From Terrimicrobiaceae bacterium (lineage in GTDB: Bacteria > Verrucomicrobiota > Verrucomicrobiia > Chthoniobacterales > Terrimicrobiaceae), in assembly GCA_044342325.1 (NCBI GenBank), contig JBIIPZ010000015.1, forward strand, positions 1-64,000: a stretch of 64,000 nucleotides of DNA, read 5' to 3'. This document shows, one piece after another, positions 50,066 through 60,982 of the stretch. The first letter of the stretch is position 1. Every line of letters begins with the position of its first letter. The translations under genes and the position numbers were made by a program. The notes beneath the pieces were generated by a model. The model worked only from the letters and a program-made list of their open reading frames with translations. It had not been told where the DNA came from and ran no database searches.

Positions 50066-51628
50066 ATGCCCGCTAAACAACAAACTTCCGTTGACGTCCT
50101 GATCCACTGCCCCGGATCACACGGAGCGATTGCAGACCAAGTTCACCGTCAGGCTATTGCCCTGCATGAACTTGGAATTAAAGTTCTTGTGCTTTGCAGT
50201 CCCAATTACTTGCGCACACGCCCGGCAGACTATCCGAACCTCCCCTGCATGGCCGAGGGGGCAACGCAAGAAGGCGGCCTAATTTCCAGAAAAGCGGCAA
50301 AAGCGAAGCAAACAATTTTAAATCAGTGGCTTTTCGCATGGCAGGTTTACTCCAAAAGGCCATTGATCGTGCTCACAGGCAGCCACACGGACACTCAAGC
50401 CGGCCTCTGGATTTGGCCGCATATCGTTCTTTCCAATTTTTTTGGTGTCGTTTATGCGACGAATCTTCACTTCTCGGCTCGCGACCATGCGTTCGGGCCT
50501 AAATGGTGGACCACACTCTGCGCGCGGCTTTCCTTCAGCCCGTTCCGAATCGCCGTAGCGCACAAACGCCTCTCCGGGGCCAGTCACTTGCCCCGCCACA
50601 TACATCCGGTCGAAGTCCCTCTCGGCCCTGAATCCACCAAGGCGATCCATCAAAACCCCAAAACCATCCGCGCCAGCTGGAAAGTTCCTCGCGGTAAAAA
50701 AGTCTTCCTCGCCTTCGGAACGATTCGAAACCACAAGAACATCGATCTTGCCATTCGAGCCCTCAATGACAATCCGGATGTCCACCTGGTGATCATAGGC
50801 AGTGTTTCATCCCACAAGGACAAGCCTCTGAAATACTATCAAATGCTCGCCGACGACCTGGGGCTCTCGAAGCGTATTTATATTTCCGACGAATTCGTAG
50901 CGGATGAAAAACGCCTCAGCTACTTCGAAGCAGCGGACTACATCCTGCTCACCTATGCAGGATCCTTCCATTCCCAAACGGCCACGCTCACCACAGCCGT
51001 CAACGCCCGCCGCCTGGTGCTGGCTGCAAGCGGCGCAAGCCCGATGGAGGATCTCGTCAGACACTTCGGACTCGGCGTCTATGTGGAAGCGGATTCGAGC
51101 GATGCCGTGGCGGATGGCATGGCCACGCTACTCCACGGGAAACTTCCCGAACCCGACTGGGAAGGCTACGAAGCCCATGCGACTTGGGAAACAAATGTGA
51201 CTCGACTGCTTCAAGCCACGGCAGACCACCTCAGTGGTAAATCCCCGGTCGAAAAACAATTCGAGGGACTCGAAGATGAGGGACTCGAAATTCCCGAACT
51301 CCTCAATGCCCGCCGCCTCCACCACCAAAAAACCCCTTCTCCGAAAAAGCGCACGGCAACCGCAAAAAAACCCGTCACTCGTAAAAAAAAGACACCCTCC
51401 ACGGACGAAGTGCCGCTGAGCAAAAAAGTGAACGGTCACGCCCCCGGAGACGAGATGGAGTCTCACCCAGTCTTCCCAGGCTTCGATTTGCTGAATACTC
51501 AAAAGCCGGAACCAGCGTTGGAGCCAGCGCCCACGAGCGCCCGCAAACGAACGGCTGATCCATCGAAACCGGCCAAAACCACCAGGCGCCGCAAAGCGCC
51601 AATTAGCAAGGTCGTCGGCGCAGAGTAA
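50066..51628 (+). CDS. GT4-like glycosyltransferase with Lys/Arg-rich disordered tail
   Basis: FGTIRNHKNIDLAIRAL, YFEAADYILLTY; last ~110 aa basic and low complexity. Confidence 0.75.
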   Translation: MPAKQQTSVDVLIHCPGSHGAIADQVHRQAIALHELGIKVLVLCSPNYLRTRPADYPNLPCMAEGATQEGGLISRKAAKAKQTILNQWLFAWQVYSKRPLIVLTGSHTDTQAGLWIWPHIVLSNFFGVVYATNLHFSARDHAFGPKWWTTLCARLSFSPFRIAVAHKRLSGASHLPRHIHPVEVPLGPESTKAIHQNPKTIRASWKVPRGKKVFLAFGTIRNHKNIDLAIRALNDNPDVHLVIIGSVSSHKDKPLKYYQMLADDLGLSKRIYISDEFVADEKRLSYFEAADYILLTYAGSFHSQTATLTTAVNARRLVLAASGASPMEDLVRHFGLGVYVEADSSDAVADGMATLLHGKLPEPDWEGYEAHATWETNVTRLLQATADHLSGKSPVEKQFEGLEDEGLEIPELLNARRLHHQKTPSPKKRTATAKKPVTRKKKTPSTDEVPLSKKVNGHAPGDEMESHPVFPGFDLLNTQKPEPALEPAPTSARKRTADPSKPAKTTRRRKAPISKVVGAE

Positions 51629-51636
51629 TTCCTGAA

Positions 51637-52674
51637 ATGGCTCCACAAAACGGGTTGGATCCAGACGAAAAAAACGAACCCGACGGAGGGGAGAAAAAAT
51701 CCCCCCTTGGAGAATGGCTGGTTAAAATCCTCCAGGTTCTCGTCACCATAGGCCTCCTCTGGTGGCTTCTCCACGATCCCGCCCGCCGGGCGGACATGGC
51801 TGAGTCCATCGCGCGGGCCGATGTGTGGTGGCTACTTGCCGCAATGATCTCCGCTGGAGCCTGCGAGTTTTTCGGCATCATCCGCTGGCAGCTTTTCCTG
51901 AAAATGTTGCACCTGCATGTTCCGCTTGCCGAAACCACTCGCCTTTTTTTCATCGGAGCATTTTTCAATCAGTTCCTCCCCGGCACCACGGGCGGGGATG
52001 TGGTGCGTGTGCTGTATCTCATGAGGGAACAACCCGAGCACCGCACGGCGGGTTTTCTCAGCGTCGCGGTGGACCGCCTCCTCGCCATTCTTGTGCTTGT
52101 CGCCATGGGCCTCGCCTTCGCTTGGGGGCGCACGGAATGGTTCGCGCAGAGCCTCACTGTCGGCAACACGATGAAAATTTTCGCCATTGTGCTTTTCACC
52201 ATGGCGCTTGGCCTGGCGGCGTCCTTCGTTCTCACGAAACGCCACTTGGTCGAACGCCTCCCGCCTGGCATGCCTTTCCGCGAGGCCATCGTGAAGCTCT
52301 CCACGCTCTGGCAACTCTGCATCGAGAACCGACGCGAGGCCTTGCTGGGCGCGTTCTACACGATCCCGATGCTGGTGACATTTTTTGCGGCGTTCTATTT
52401 CGTGGCGCGCGCCTTCACGCCGAAGGTGAATTTTTTAGACATGATGTCGATCATGCCGCTTGTGACGGCTGTCTCCTCGCTCCCGATCAGCCTGAATGGC
52501 ATCGGCGTTCGCGAGGCGCTTCTCGATGAACTCCTGCATGAACTCTGCGGTGTGGCCAAGGGCACCGGCATGCTGGTCTCTATAACCGGCATGGTCGTTT
52601 ATCTGCTTTGGGGACTCCCGGGCGGATGGTTCTACCTCTCACGCAAACGCCGCGAGAAAGCCAAGTCCCCATGA
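51637..52674 (+). CDS. Lysylphosphatidylglycerol-synthase-TM (UPF0104, flippase-like) membrane protein
   Basis: RWQLFL, FFNQFLPGTTGGDVVR, DRL, LPISLNGIGVRE. Confidence 0.9.
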   Translation: MAPQNGLDPDEKNEPDGGEKKSPLGEWLVKILQVLVTIGLLWWLLHDPARRADMAESIARADVWWLLAAMISAGACEFFGIIRWQLFLKMLHLHVPLAETTRLFFIGAFFNQFLPGTTGGDVVRVLYLMREQPEHRTAGFLSVAVDRLLAILVLVAMGLAFAWGRTEWFAQSLTVGNTMKIFAIVLFTMALGLAASFVLTKRHLVERLPPGMPFREAIVKLSTLWQLCIENRREALLGAFYTIPMLVTFFAAFYFVARAFTPKVNFLDMMSIMPLVTAVSSLPISLNGIGVREALLDELLHELCGVAKGTGMLVSITGMVVYLLWGLPGGWFYLSRKRREKAKSP

Positions 52675-53600
52675 ACGCGCCGTGGTTTTCATTCAGCGTG
52701 CAGGATTTTTCCTACGCTTTCATCAGTGTGCTTCTCGAGGGCGTGCCATTCATACTCCTCGGCACACTGCTCTCCGGCCTCATCGAGCAATTCCTTCCGG
52801 CACGCGTGATGACGCGACTCCTCCCTCGCAACGCATTCGCCGCCGTCTGCCTCGGCGGGGTGCTCGGAGTCGTTTTTCCCATGTGCGAGTGCGGCATCGT
52901 GCCGGTCATCCGCCGCCTCATCGCCAAGGGCCTGCCTGTCTCCAGCGCCGTCGCCTACATGCTGGCAGCACCCATCGTGAATCCAATCACCGCCTTGAGC
53001 ACCTACGCCGCATTCCGTGGACAGGGCGCAGCGGAGTTCACCGCCCTGCGACTCGGGCTCGGGTTCTTTGTCGCCGTGCTCGCCGGCCTCGCCGTGCTGA
53101 ACCTCCCGATTGGAGCGGTTTTGAAAAAAACCATTCTGGAGTCTGTCACTCTCTCCGGCCCTGCGGGAGAGGGTGGACCGTCAGCCCTGCCTTTTCTTCG
53201 CAGGCTCATCGCCGCGATGGAGGCCGGAGTGCGGGATTTTCTGGATGTGATGGTCTATTTCATCCTCGGAGTTGGCGTGGCTTCGGTTTTCAGCACGGCG
53301 GTGAATCAGGAGCTTTTCCTGCCGCTGTCGCTCGATGACCGCTTGGCAGTTCCCGCCATGATGACACTTGCGGGAATCCTGTCCCTGTGCAGTTCGTCGG
53401 ATGCCTTTATCGCGGCCACCTTCGTCGCCTTTCCGGCGGTTGCGAAACTGGCTTTTCTGGTGTTCGGTCCCATGATGGATCTCAAGCTGGCGTTCATTTA
53501 CAGCGCCGTATTCACGCGCCGATTTGTTGCCGCCCTGGCCGTAGGGCTTTTTGTCATTATCGGCCTACTCTGCCTGAGGCTCGCAGTTGTCCTGCCATGA
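52671..53600 (+). CDS. Predicted permease (DUF318 / YcgR-like)
   Basis: LLEGVPFILLG, FPMCECGIVP, APIVNP, LSLCSSSDAF, FGPMMDLK. Confidence 0.9.
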   Translation: MNAPWFSFSVQDFSYAFISVLLEGVPFILLGTLLSGLIEQFLPARVMTRLLPRNAFAAVCLGGVLGVVFPMCECGIVPVIRRLIAKGLPVSSAVAYMLAAPIVNPITALSTYAAFRGQGAAEFTALRLGLGFFVAVLAGLAVLNLPIGAVLKKTILESVTLSGPAGEGGPSALPFLRRLIAAMEAGVRDFLDVMVYFILGVGVASVFSTAVNQELFLPLSLDDRLAVPAMMTLAGILSLCSSSDAFIAATFVAFPAVAKLAFLVFGPMMDLKLAFIYSAVFTRRFVAALAVGLFVIIGLLCLRLAVVLP

Positions 53601-54394
53601 CCGGCATCCTTTCACGATTTGCAGCCTCCGGCGTCCTCATGGTTTGGGGCATCGTGCTGAGCTACTTTTACCTCTCGAATCGCATCGCCTCTTACCTGCA
53701 CCCAGCCTTTCACATCTACACCGCCATCTCGGGAGGTGTGCTGCTACTGCTCTCTTTAGCCCTGCTGCTCACCATTCCCAGCGAGTCGGGAAAACACGGG
53801 CTCTCCAACATCGGAATTTTTCCTCTCCTCCTGCTGACGATCCCTCTCCTCGCCGCGACAAAGCTCTCACCAAGCAACTTCGGCGCGACTGCCGTTCTAA
53901 ATCGCGGCATGGTGGACAACATCGCCGACCTGCCAAGTTTTTCCCCGCCACTGGACCCAGCACTGCCGAATGCCGATGGCTCCGTGAAAGAGGGAACCAT
54001 GATGGATCCCTCGCTCTACCTTAAAAAAAATGCCGATGGTTACATTGTGGCAGAGGCCGTCGATCTGCTCTACGCGGCGGGTGAACCCACAATGCGCGAG
54101 GATTTCGACAACAAGCAGGTCGAAGTCAGCGGCCAGTTCCTGCCTGCCCTCACGGGAAATCCACAGGGCGACCGCTTCAATCTGACACGACTTTTTGTCA
54201 TGTGCTGTGCCGCAGATGCACGCCCCGTGGCGATCAGCGTCCAAACCAACCCCGCCATCGACCTGCCGAAAATGACTTGGGTGAAAGTGCGAGGCAAAGC
54301 CACTTTCCCCGTCGAAGGCGGCCGGCACATGCCAGTTATCGTTGCCGAATCCACCACCGAAACCGATGCTCCCGAAGAATCTTTCCTCTATTGA
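53597..54394 (+). CDS. Permease-associated membrane protein (TIGR03943/DUF1980-like)
   Basis: YLHP, N-terminal TM segments, RLFVMCCAADA, WVKVRG; coupled to the permease. Confidence 0.85.
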   Translation: MTGILSRFAASGVLMVWGIVLSYFYLSNRIASYLHPAFHIYTAISGGVLLLLSLALLLTIPSESGKHGLSNIGIFPLLLLTIPLLAATKLSPSNFGATAVLNRGMVDNIADLPSFSPPLDPALPNADGSVKEGTMMDPSLYLKKNADGYIVAEAVDLLYAAGEPTMREDFDNKQVEVSGQFLPALTGNPQGDRFNLTRLFVMCCAADARPVAISVQTNPAIDLPKMTWVKVRGKATFPVEGGRHMPVIVAESTTETDAPEESFLY

Positions 54395-54395
54395 A

Positions 54396-55541
54396 ATGAA
54401 ACGCCTCCTTGCTCCACTCGCCATCCTCCTCTTCGCCACAATCGCAATTGCCCGCGCCGAACTGCAGGGAGCCTGGATTTCCTCCGTTCACAACATCAAC
54501 TTCCCCTCCAAACAAGGTCTGAGCGTGGAGGAGCAGAAATCCCAAGCTGTGCGCCTGCTGAATGCCGCCAAAGGCGCCGGCCTGAATGCCGTCCTCCTGC
54601 AAGTGCGCCCCGAGAGCGATGCCCTCTACGCCTCACCACTCGAGCCATGGAGTCGATTCCTCACCGGCAAACAAGGGCAGTCGCCCGGCTACGACCCGCT
54701 CGCCTTTTTCATCAGCGAAGCCCGCAAGCGTGGTCTGGAAGTCCACGCTTGGATCAACCCCTACCGAGCCGCCGCCAATGTCTCGCACCCTCGCGCCGCA
54801 AGCCACATCAGCCGCAGGTTTCCCCAATACGCCTACCGGATTGGCACCGTCCTCTACATGGACCCAGGCGCACCCGAAGTCCGCCGCCACATCAATGCCG
54901 TCGTGCGGGATCTCGTGACCCGCTACGACATCGCCGGCGTCCACCTCGATGATTATTTCTACCCCTACCCCACGGAAAAAGGCGGCCTGCCCAACTTCCC
55001 CGATGACAAAACCTACGCCGCCTACCGCGCTGCAGGAGGGAATCTCCCCAAAGCCGATTGGCGGCGGGGAAATGTAAACGCCCTCATCCGCGAACTCAGC
55101 CAAACCGTCCACTCCACACGCCCCGGCCTCCAGTTTGGCGTCAGCCCTTTTGGCATTTATACGAAAGGCGCCCCTGCGGATGTCAAAGCCGGCGTCGATC
55201 AATACAACCAACTTTTTGCCGACCCTGTCGCTTGGATGAAAAACGGCTGGGTGGACTATCTCGCCCCTCAACTCTATTGGCGTGAGGGAGGTCCCCAAAG
55301 TTTCTCATCTCTCCTCCGCTGGTGGAGGAGCCCAGCCGTGAATCCAAGAGGCGTTCCCATCGTCCCCGGCATCGCCGTGGATCGCCTCACATCCCACGGT
55401 TGGGGAGCCGACGAGATCAGCCGCCAGCTCCAACTCGAAAAAAACATCGCCCCCCGCCCACGCGGCGGATTCCTCCTCTGGAACATCGGTGCCGTTTCAA
55501 AAAATACGAAAGGCGTCCTAGCTACGATCCGGCCGAACTAA
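54396..55541 (+). CDS. Glycosyl hydrolase-like 10 (GHL10/YddW-like) exported protein
   Basis: Signal peptide, QVRPESDALY, YDPL, HAWINPYR, HLDDYFYP, DYLAPQLYW. Confidence 0.92.
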   Translation: MKRLLAPLAILLFATIAIARAELQGAWISSVHNINFPSKQGLSVEEQKSQAVRLLNAAKGAGLNAVLLQVRPESDALYASPLEPWSRFLTGKQGQSPGYDPLAFFISEARKRGLEVHAWINPYRAAANVSHPRAASHISRRFPQYAYRIGTVLYMDPGAPEVRRHINAVVRDLVTRYDIAGVHLDDYFYPYPTEKGGLPNFPDDKTYAAYRAAGGNLPKADWRRGNVNALIRELSQTVHSTRPGLQFGVSPFGIYTKGAPADVKAGVDQYNQLFADPVAWMKNGWVDYLAPQLYWREGGPQSFSSLLRWWRSPAVNPRGVPIVPGIAVDRLTSHGWGADEISRQLQLEKNIAPRPRGGFLLWNIGAVSKNTKGVLATIRPN

Positions 55542-55708
55542 TGCCCCTCATCAGCCTTCAAACTCAGTGAAATCTTTGTAAAGTAGAAAATTCCCATTGC
55601 CAGTCAGCACTCAATAGCTATTACGGGATTGTTTGTTTCTGAGCGCTATATGAAACGCGCAGGCAAATTGGGCATCGGGGACTAATCATTTCTTTTCACA
55701 ATCAAATA

Positions 55709-57934
55709 ATGACAAACTCGCCTCCGTCCAATCTGGCACAGGCTTTAGATATCCATTCCCGCTTTGCCGTGGAACTGGCTTTCGTGGTGCCTGGTGAGAA
55801 AACAGGTCTCCTTCCCATCAACAGCTTCTTCATGGATCTTGAAGATTTACTGAATAAGGATGCGCCTGAGCCAGTTTCAAAAAGCATCGCCCTAGGTCGT
55901 GACTGGATCAACGAGACATTTGATGGCCCAGGAACATTTTCTGAAAAAACCATTAGTCTGCTCAATGAGTGGCACGGATGGTTCGGAGAGGCGCTTACCG
56001 CTTGGGATCAAGGCAAGTCCATCCCGGCGCATCCCGAGGCTTGGGCATCGGGAGAAGTGATTCCGGTTTCCGAAGTCGCTGCACCTGCCCCTCCGCCGGT
56101 AGTCGCCAAGGAGCCCGTAATCACACAGGAAAAAGCGATCGTTCTGAATCTGAAGGACGACGCGGAACTTCTCAATGAATTCCACGGAGAGTCAGTCGAG
56201 CTCCTGCAGAATATCGAACAAGGCCTGCTCGTCCTGGAGGATAATCCCAGCGAGTCGGGAACCATCAACTCGATCTTTCGTGCCTTCCATACCTTCAAAG
56301 GCGCTGCAGGCTTTCTGCGTCTCATTGCACTTCAAGACTTAGCACACGACCTCGAGTCTCTCCTCGATGCAGCCCGCCAATCGAAAATCCGCATCACCAC
56401 GCCGATCATCGACATCATTCTCGCCGGTTCGGACGCCCTGAAAAACTACACTTTCCAAATCGGGCTCCAACTCAAGGGCACCAATGCCGGAAAGCCCATC
56501 GTGGTTCCTACCAGCGAACTCATTCTTCGTGTAAGAGCCGCTCTAAGAGGAGAGTTGCCACCAGAACCCACTCCCCCACAACCTACCGCTGCGCCGGAAC
56601 CATCACCCGTCGCACCCCCTAAAAGGGAAACACCTGCCCTACAAGTCCAAGCGACCGAAAAGGCGCTCGAGGTGATTCCTCCAAAAGAAACTCCTGCGAC
56701 CTCCATCGCAGTCAATGTCACCCACCTCAACCCGACTCCCACGGCTTCCAAAGAACCTATCGAGATCAAGGATCAGAGTTCTGGATTTGTAAAGCTCGAC
56801 ACCTCCAAGCTTGATGCCCTTATTGATCTTGTTGGTGAGCTGGTGATTGCACAATCCATGGTGATGCAGGATCCAGATGTCCAGAATCTCGAAAGCCGCA
56901 CACTTGCCCGCAGCCTTCGTCAACTCAGCCGCACCACTTCCGAGCTTCAACGCAACGCCATGTCTCTCCGCATGGTTCCTGTGCGTGCAGCGTTTCAAAA
57001 GATGACCCGACTCGTCCGGGATATTGGGGCTCACCAAAAAAAACAAGTCCAGCTTGTCCTCGACGGCGAAGAGACGGAACTCGATCGCAATATCGTTGAA
57101 AAACTCGGCGATCCTCTTGTCCACATGATCCGCAATGCTGTGGACCACGGCATCGAGGCTCCCGCAGATCGAATGGCGAGCGGTAAGCCGGCCCTCGGCA
57201 CGATCAAGCTCTCCGCATCGCACCAACGCGGCGGCATCCTCATTCGCATTCAAGATGACGGTAAAGGGCTAAATGCCGAAAAAATCCGAGCCAAAGGAAT
57301 TGAAAAAGGCCTCATCGCACCGAACGCCGAACTCACTGAATCAGAAGTTTATGGCCTCATTTTTATGCCCGGCTTTTCAACCGCCGACGCCATCACGGAC
57401 CTCTCAGGCCGAGGCGTAGGCATGGATGTTGTCAAAAGAAACATCGAGGGACTTCGTGGTAAGGTCGAAATCCAATCCGTTCTTGGTAAAGGCTCCACAT
57501 TCAATATCCTCCTGCCACTCACTCTTGCCATCATTGACGGCCTGCTCGTGGGGGTTGGAAACGACCGCTACATCATCCCCACCATCTCGGTGCGCGAATC
57601 TTTCCGACCGAAGCCGGGCATGGTCACCACAATCCACGAGCGTGGCGCCATGGTCAGTGTGCGTGGAAAACAGACGCCTGTCCTGAGATTGGGGCAATTT
57701 TTAGGCACAACGGGCGTAAAAGCGACCACAGATGAGGAAGGCATCATTATTGTGGTCGAATCCGGCGATGCCATGCGAGGCATTCTTGTCGACGAACTCA
57801 TTGGCAAACAAGAAGTCGTGATTAAAAGCTTAGGCGAAACATTCAAGGATCAGAATCTTCTGGCAGGAGCCGCTGTGCTTGGCGACGGCGCCGTGGGTCT
57901 CATCCTCGATGTTGACACCCTTGTAAAACTCTAA
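55709..57934 (+). CDS. cheA: Chemotaxis histidine kinase CheA
   Basis: Hpt FRAFHTFKG, LIDLVGELVI, HMIRNAVDHGIE, DDGKG, SGRGVGMDVV, C-terminal CheW domain. Confidence 0.97.
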   Translation: MTNSPPSNLAQALDIHSRFAVELAFVVPGEKTGLLPINSFFMDLEDLLNKDAPEPVSKSIALGRDWINETFDGPGTFSEKTISLLNEWHGWFGEALTAWDQGKSIPAHPEAWASGEVIPVSEVAAPAPPPVVAKEPVITQEKAIVLNLKDDAELLNEFHGESVELLQNIEQGLLVLEDNPSESGTINSIFRAFHTFKGAAGFLRLIALQDLAHDLESLLDAARQSKIRITTPIIDIILAGSDALKNYTFQIGLQLKGTNAGKPIVVPTSELILRVRAALRGELPPEPTPPQPTAAPEPSPVAPPKRETPALQVQATEKALEVIPPKETPATSIAVNVTHLNPTPTASKEPIEIKDQSSGFVKLDTSKLDALIDLVGELVIAQSMVMQDPDVQNLESRTLARSLRQLSRTTSELQRNAMSLRMVPVRAAFQKMTRLVRDIGAHQKKQVQLVLDGEETELDRNIVEKLGDPLVHMIRNAVDHGIEAPADRMASGKPALGTIKLSASHQRGGILIRIQDDGKGLNAEKIRAKGIEKGLIAPNAELTESEVYGLIFMPGFSTADAITDLSGRGVGMDVVKRNIEGLRGKVEIQSVLGKGSTFNILLPLTLAIIDGLLVGVGNDRYIIPTISVRESFRPKPGMVTTIHERGAMVSVRGKQTPVLRLGQFLGTTGVKATTDEEGIIIVVESGDAMRGILVDELIGKQEVVIKSLGETFKDQNLLAGAAVLGDGAVGLILDVDTLVKL

Positions 57935-57976
57935 AAAAAACCATTCCGCAGCGCATCCATCCAACCCTAAAAAACG

Positions 57977-58513
57977 ATGAGCATACTTGCTACCACAGAT
58001 ACCAAAACAAAAACGGGCCGCTATTTAACATTTAGCTTGGGGCAAGAATCCTACGGGATTCCCGTGCTTAATGTCCGAGAAATCATTCGCCTTTGCGCGA
58101 TTACGCCAGTTCCAAGAATGCCCACCCATATCAAAGGCGTGATCAACCTGAGAGGAACGGTCATCGCTGTTCTCGATCTACGGGCCAAATTCCAATTGTC
58201 TGTAGGGGATTACAGTGACCGCGCCTGCATTATCGTAGTCCAACTCAACGGCCCGGATGGAAGTAAAAACCTCATGGGAGCAATCGTTGACGCAGTGGAA
58301 GAAGTGGTTCAACTCAGGGATGATACGATCGAACCACCACCGGATTTTGGTGGTTCCCCAGATACACAGTATATTATGGGCGTCACCACATCCACAGGCT
58401 CAGTAAAAACCCTCTTGGATATCGAAAAGATTTTCCTCGATGATGCATCGATTACCCGTTCTCTTCCTGACGGTTCTGCTCGTGATACAAACCTGCTCGG
58501 GCAAGGCAAATAA
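57977..58513 (+). CDS. cheW: Chemotaxis adaptor CheW
   Basis: YLTFSLGQESYGI, GVINLRG, IVDAVEEV. Confidence 0.96.
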   Translation: MSILATTDTKTKTGRYLTFSLGQESYGIPVLNVREIIRLCAITPVPRMPTHIKGVINLRGTVIAVLDLRAKFQLSVGDYSDRACIIVVQLNGPDGSKNLMGAIVDAVEEVVQLRDDTIEPPPDFGGSPDTQYIMGVTTSTGSVKTLLDIEKIFLDDASITRSLPDGSARDTNLLGQGK

Positions 58514-58538
58514 TTCTTAGCACAAATCATTAAAAAAC

Positions 58539-60119
58539 ATGAACATCAACAATTGGACTATCGGACGCCGGATCGTCACAGGCTTCGCAACCCTGCTGAT
58601 CATCACGCTGGCCCTCGGCGGATTCGCTCTGGACCGAGCTATGAGCTTAAAGCAAAATATTTTCGACTTGGGAGGCAATACAATGCCCAGCTTGAACTTG
58701 CAGGCTGCCATTTTGAATGCTGTCCAAGACAAGATGATAGCTATTCAGCAGCTCAACGATACGCTCACGCCCGAGCGCCGTGCTGCTCTCACGAAGATCC
58801 TTGCCGAGGCCACAGCCAGGGCCGTCGATGAATTTAAAAAATATGAAGCGCTCCTTTCCGATGAGAAAGACAAGGCTCTCTGGACGGAGGCGAGCAAAGC
58901 CAATGAGGAATTCACCGTTCAGATTGAGAAAACAATGGAACTCTTTAGTGCCAATGACCCTGCAGCTCTTTCCAAACATCTTCAAGGAGTTCTTGATCCT
59001 GCTTATGAACGCGCTGTCGGCGCCGTGGATGCAAATCTTAACTATAATATCGATTGGGGTCAGGCCGCAGCAAACAGAGGAGAAGCTAATGCCGACTCAG
59101 CCATTTTTTACATCTCAATCGCTCTTGGGATTGCCGCAGTGGTGGCGATCTTCGTTGCATGGCAAGTGACAAGCAGCACCAACAAAGCACTCCATGATCT
59201 TGCAGCAAATCTTGATCGCGGGTCCCTACAGACCGCTTCAGCCGCCCGCCAAGTTTCGATGGCCAGCAACCAACTTTCCTCTGGATCAAGCGAACAAGCT
59301 TCCTCCGTGGAGGAGACAAGCAGTGCTTTGGAGGAGATGTCCAGCATGATCCGCGCAACCGCCGACAATGCACAGAAGGCGAAGTCCCTTGCGAGCGAAG
59401 CCCGTTCCGAGGCAGAGACTGGAACAGGCATCATGGACGAGATGATGCAGGCGATGAAAGCAATCGACACCTCAAGCGCCGAGGTAGCCAAGATCGTTAA
59501 AAACATTGATGAAATCGCCTTCCAGACAAACATTCTTGCGCTCAATGCTGCGGTGGAAGCCGCACGGGCCGGTGAGGCTGGCGCAGGGTTCGCTGTCGTT
59601 GCCGATGAAGTTCGCTCCTTGGCCCAGCGCAGCGCTGCCGCCGCCAAGGAAACCGCTGAAAAAATCGAGGCCGCTATTGCCAACAGCCGCAGTGGCTCCA
59701 TTTGCTCGACCAAAGTGGGCGAATCCCTCAAACTCATCGCAGAAAAGGTTTCTTCCACGGATTCCCTGGTCGCGGATATTGCCACTGCCGCTTCAGAACA
59801 AGCTCAAGGTATCCAGCAGGTCAATAATGCCATGAGCCAAATGGATAAAGTCACGCAGGGCAACGCCGCGAGCGCTGAAGAAAGTGCCAGCGCCGCCGAG
59901 GAGCTCGACTCCCAAGCCGAAACAATGAAAGATCTTGTCGGCGAACTCCGCAAGCTGGTCGGGGGATCATCCCATATCGAGGAAGCTCATGCGAATATTC
60001 GCACAAAGCCAACTCACCCAAGCAGCCACCAACAATCCTCGCGCCCTGCAGGCAAGGCTTCACGCTCGATCCCCATGCCGGGCGACAGCGTGGAGAGCGA
60101 TGACTTCCGCAATTTTTGA
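58539..60119 (+). CDS. Methyl-accepting chemotaxis protein
   Basis: Two TM helices around a four-helix sensor; [38 protein letters not shown]-terminal pentapeptide DFRNF. Confidence 0.97.
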   Translation: MNINNWTIGRRIVTGFATLLIITLALGGFALDRAMSLKQNIFDLGGNTMPSLNLQAAILNAVQDKMIAIQQLNDTLTPERRAALTKILAEATARAVDEFKKYEALLSDEKDKALWTEASKANEEFTVQIEKTMELFSANDPAALSKHLQGVLDPAYERAVGAVDANLNYNIDWGQAAANRGEANADSAIFYISIALGIAAVVAIFVAWQVTSSTNKALHDLAANLDRGSLQTASAARQVSMASNQLSSGSSEQASSVEETSSALEEMSSMIRATADNAQKAKSLASEARSEAETGTGIMDEMMQAMKAIDTSSAEVAKIVKNIDEIAFQTNILALNAAVEAARAGEAGAGFAVVADEVRSLAQRSAAAAKETAEKIEAAIANSRSGSICSTKVGESLKLIAEKVSSTDSLVADIATAASEQAQGIQQVNNAMSQMDKVTQGNAASAEESASAAEELDSQAETMKDLVGELRKLVGGSSHIEEAHANIRTKPTHPSSHQQSSRPAGKASRSIPMPGDSVESDDFRNF

Positions 60120-60982
60120 CAAACTCGTTTGCGTCCATGATGAGTTCCTCACAGGAAGCGCCCCTATCGGCCGAGGCTTACAGGTTTATCGTGGATCTGG
60201 TCTATCAACATAGTCGCATCAAACTCGGTAATGACAAACAAGCCCTACTAGCGAGCCGATTAACCAAACGACTCCGGAGCATTGGTTTAAACTCATTCGA
60301 TGAATACTGCAGCGTCTTGCGATCCGCGCGATCGCAAGACGAAATCGAGGAACTCCTGGACCTTATTTCGACAAACCACACAAGATTCTACCGTGAACCC
60401 GATCATTTTGATTACCTTGTCGCCAAGATCCTTCCGCAGCTTATTCCTGCACTCATAGCCCGTCGCTCATCCTTGCGCGTCTGGTCAGCAGCCTCATCCT
60501 CTGGCGAGGAACCTTATACCCTTGCCATCGTTATTTCAGAATTCCTGAGGGCATTTCCAGCGGTGGATTGGCAAATTTGCGCATCGGATATCTCCAAGCG
60601 CGTCCTCGATACGGCTAAACAAGGTATTTACCGCATGGATGCAGTAGAACCCGTGCCCTCCGATTTGCTAAAGCGTTACTTCCAAAAGGGCTTTGGCGCT
60701 CAAGAAGGAAATTGCCGTGTCCGAAGCGAACTGCGCGACAAAGTGCGCTACGAGCGGATTAACCTCTTCCAGCACGAATACCCCATTCCCATGCAGCAGC
60801 ATGTGATTTTTTGCCGCAATGTGATGATTTATTTTGATGTGCCATCCCGCGAGCAAGCCGTGAAACGCATGAGCCACTATCTGGCCCCCGGCGGGTTCCT
60901 CATCGTCGGCCACTCCGAAAGCCTTATGGGAATCAACCACGGACTCAAATCAATCCGGCAGGGAATCTACCAAAAACCATGA
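60116..60982 (+). CDS. cheR: Chemotaxis methyltransferase CheR
   Basis: [39 protein letters not shown]. Confidence 0.96.
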   Translation: MTNSFASMMSSSQEAPLSAEAYRFIVDLVYQHSRIKLGNDKQALLASRLTKRLRSIGLNSFDEYCSVLRSARSQDEIEELLDLISTNHTRFYREPDHFDYLVAKILPQLIPALIARRSSLRVWSAASSSGEEPYTLAIVISEFLRAFPAVDWQICASDISKRVLDTAKQGIYRMDAVEPVPSDLLKRYFQKGFGAQEGNCRVRSELRDKVRYERINLFQHEYPIPMQQHVIFCRNVMIYFDVPSREQAVKRMSHYLAPGGFLIVGHSESLMGINHGLKSIRQGIYQKP

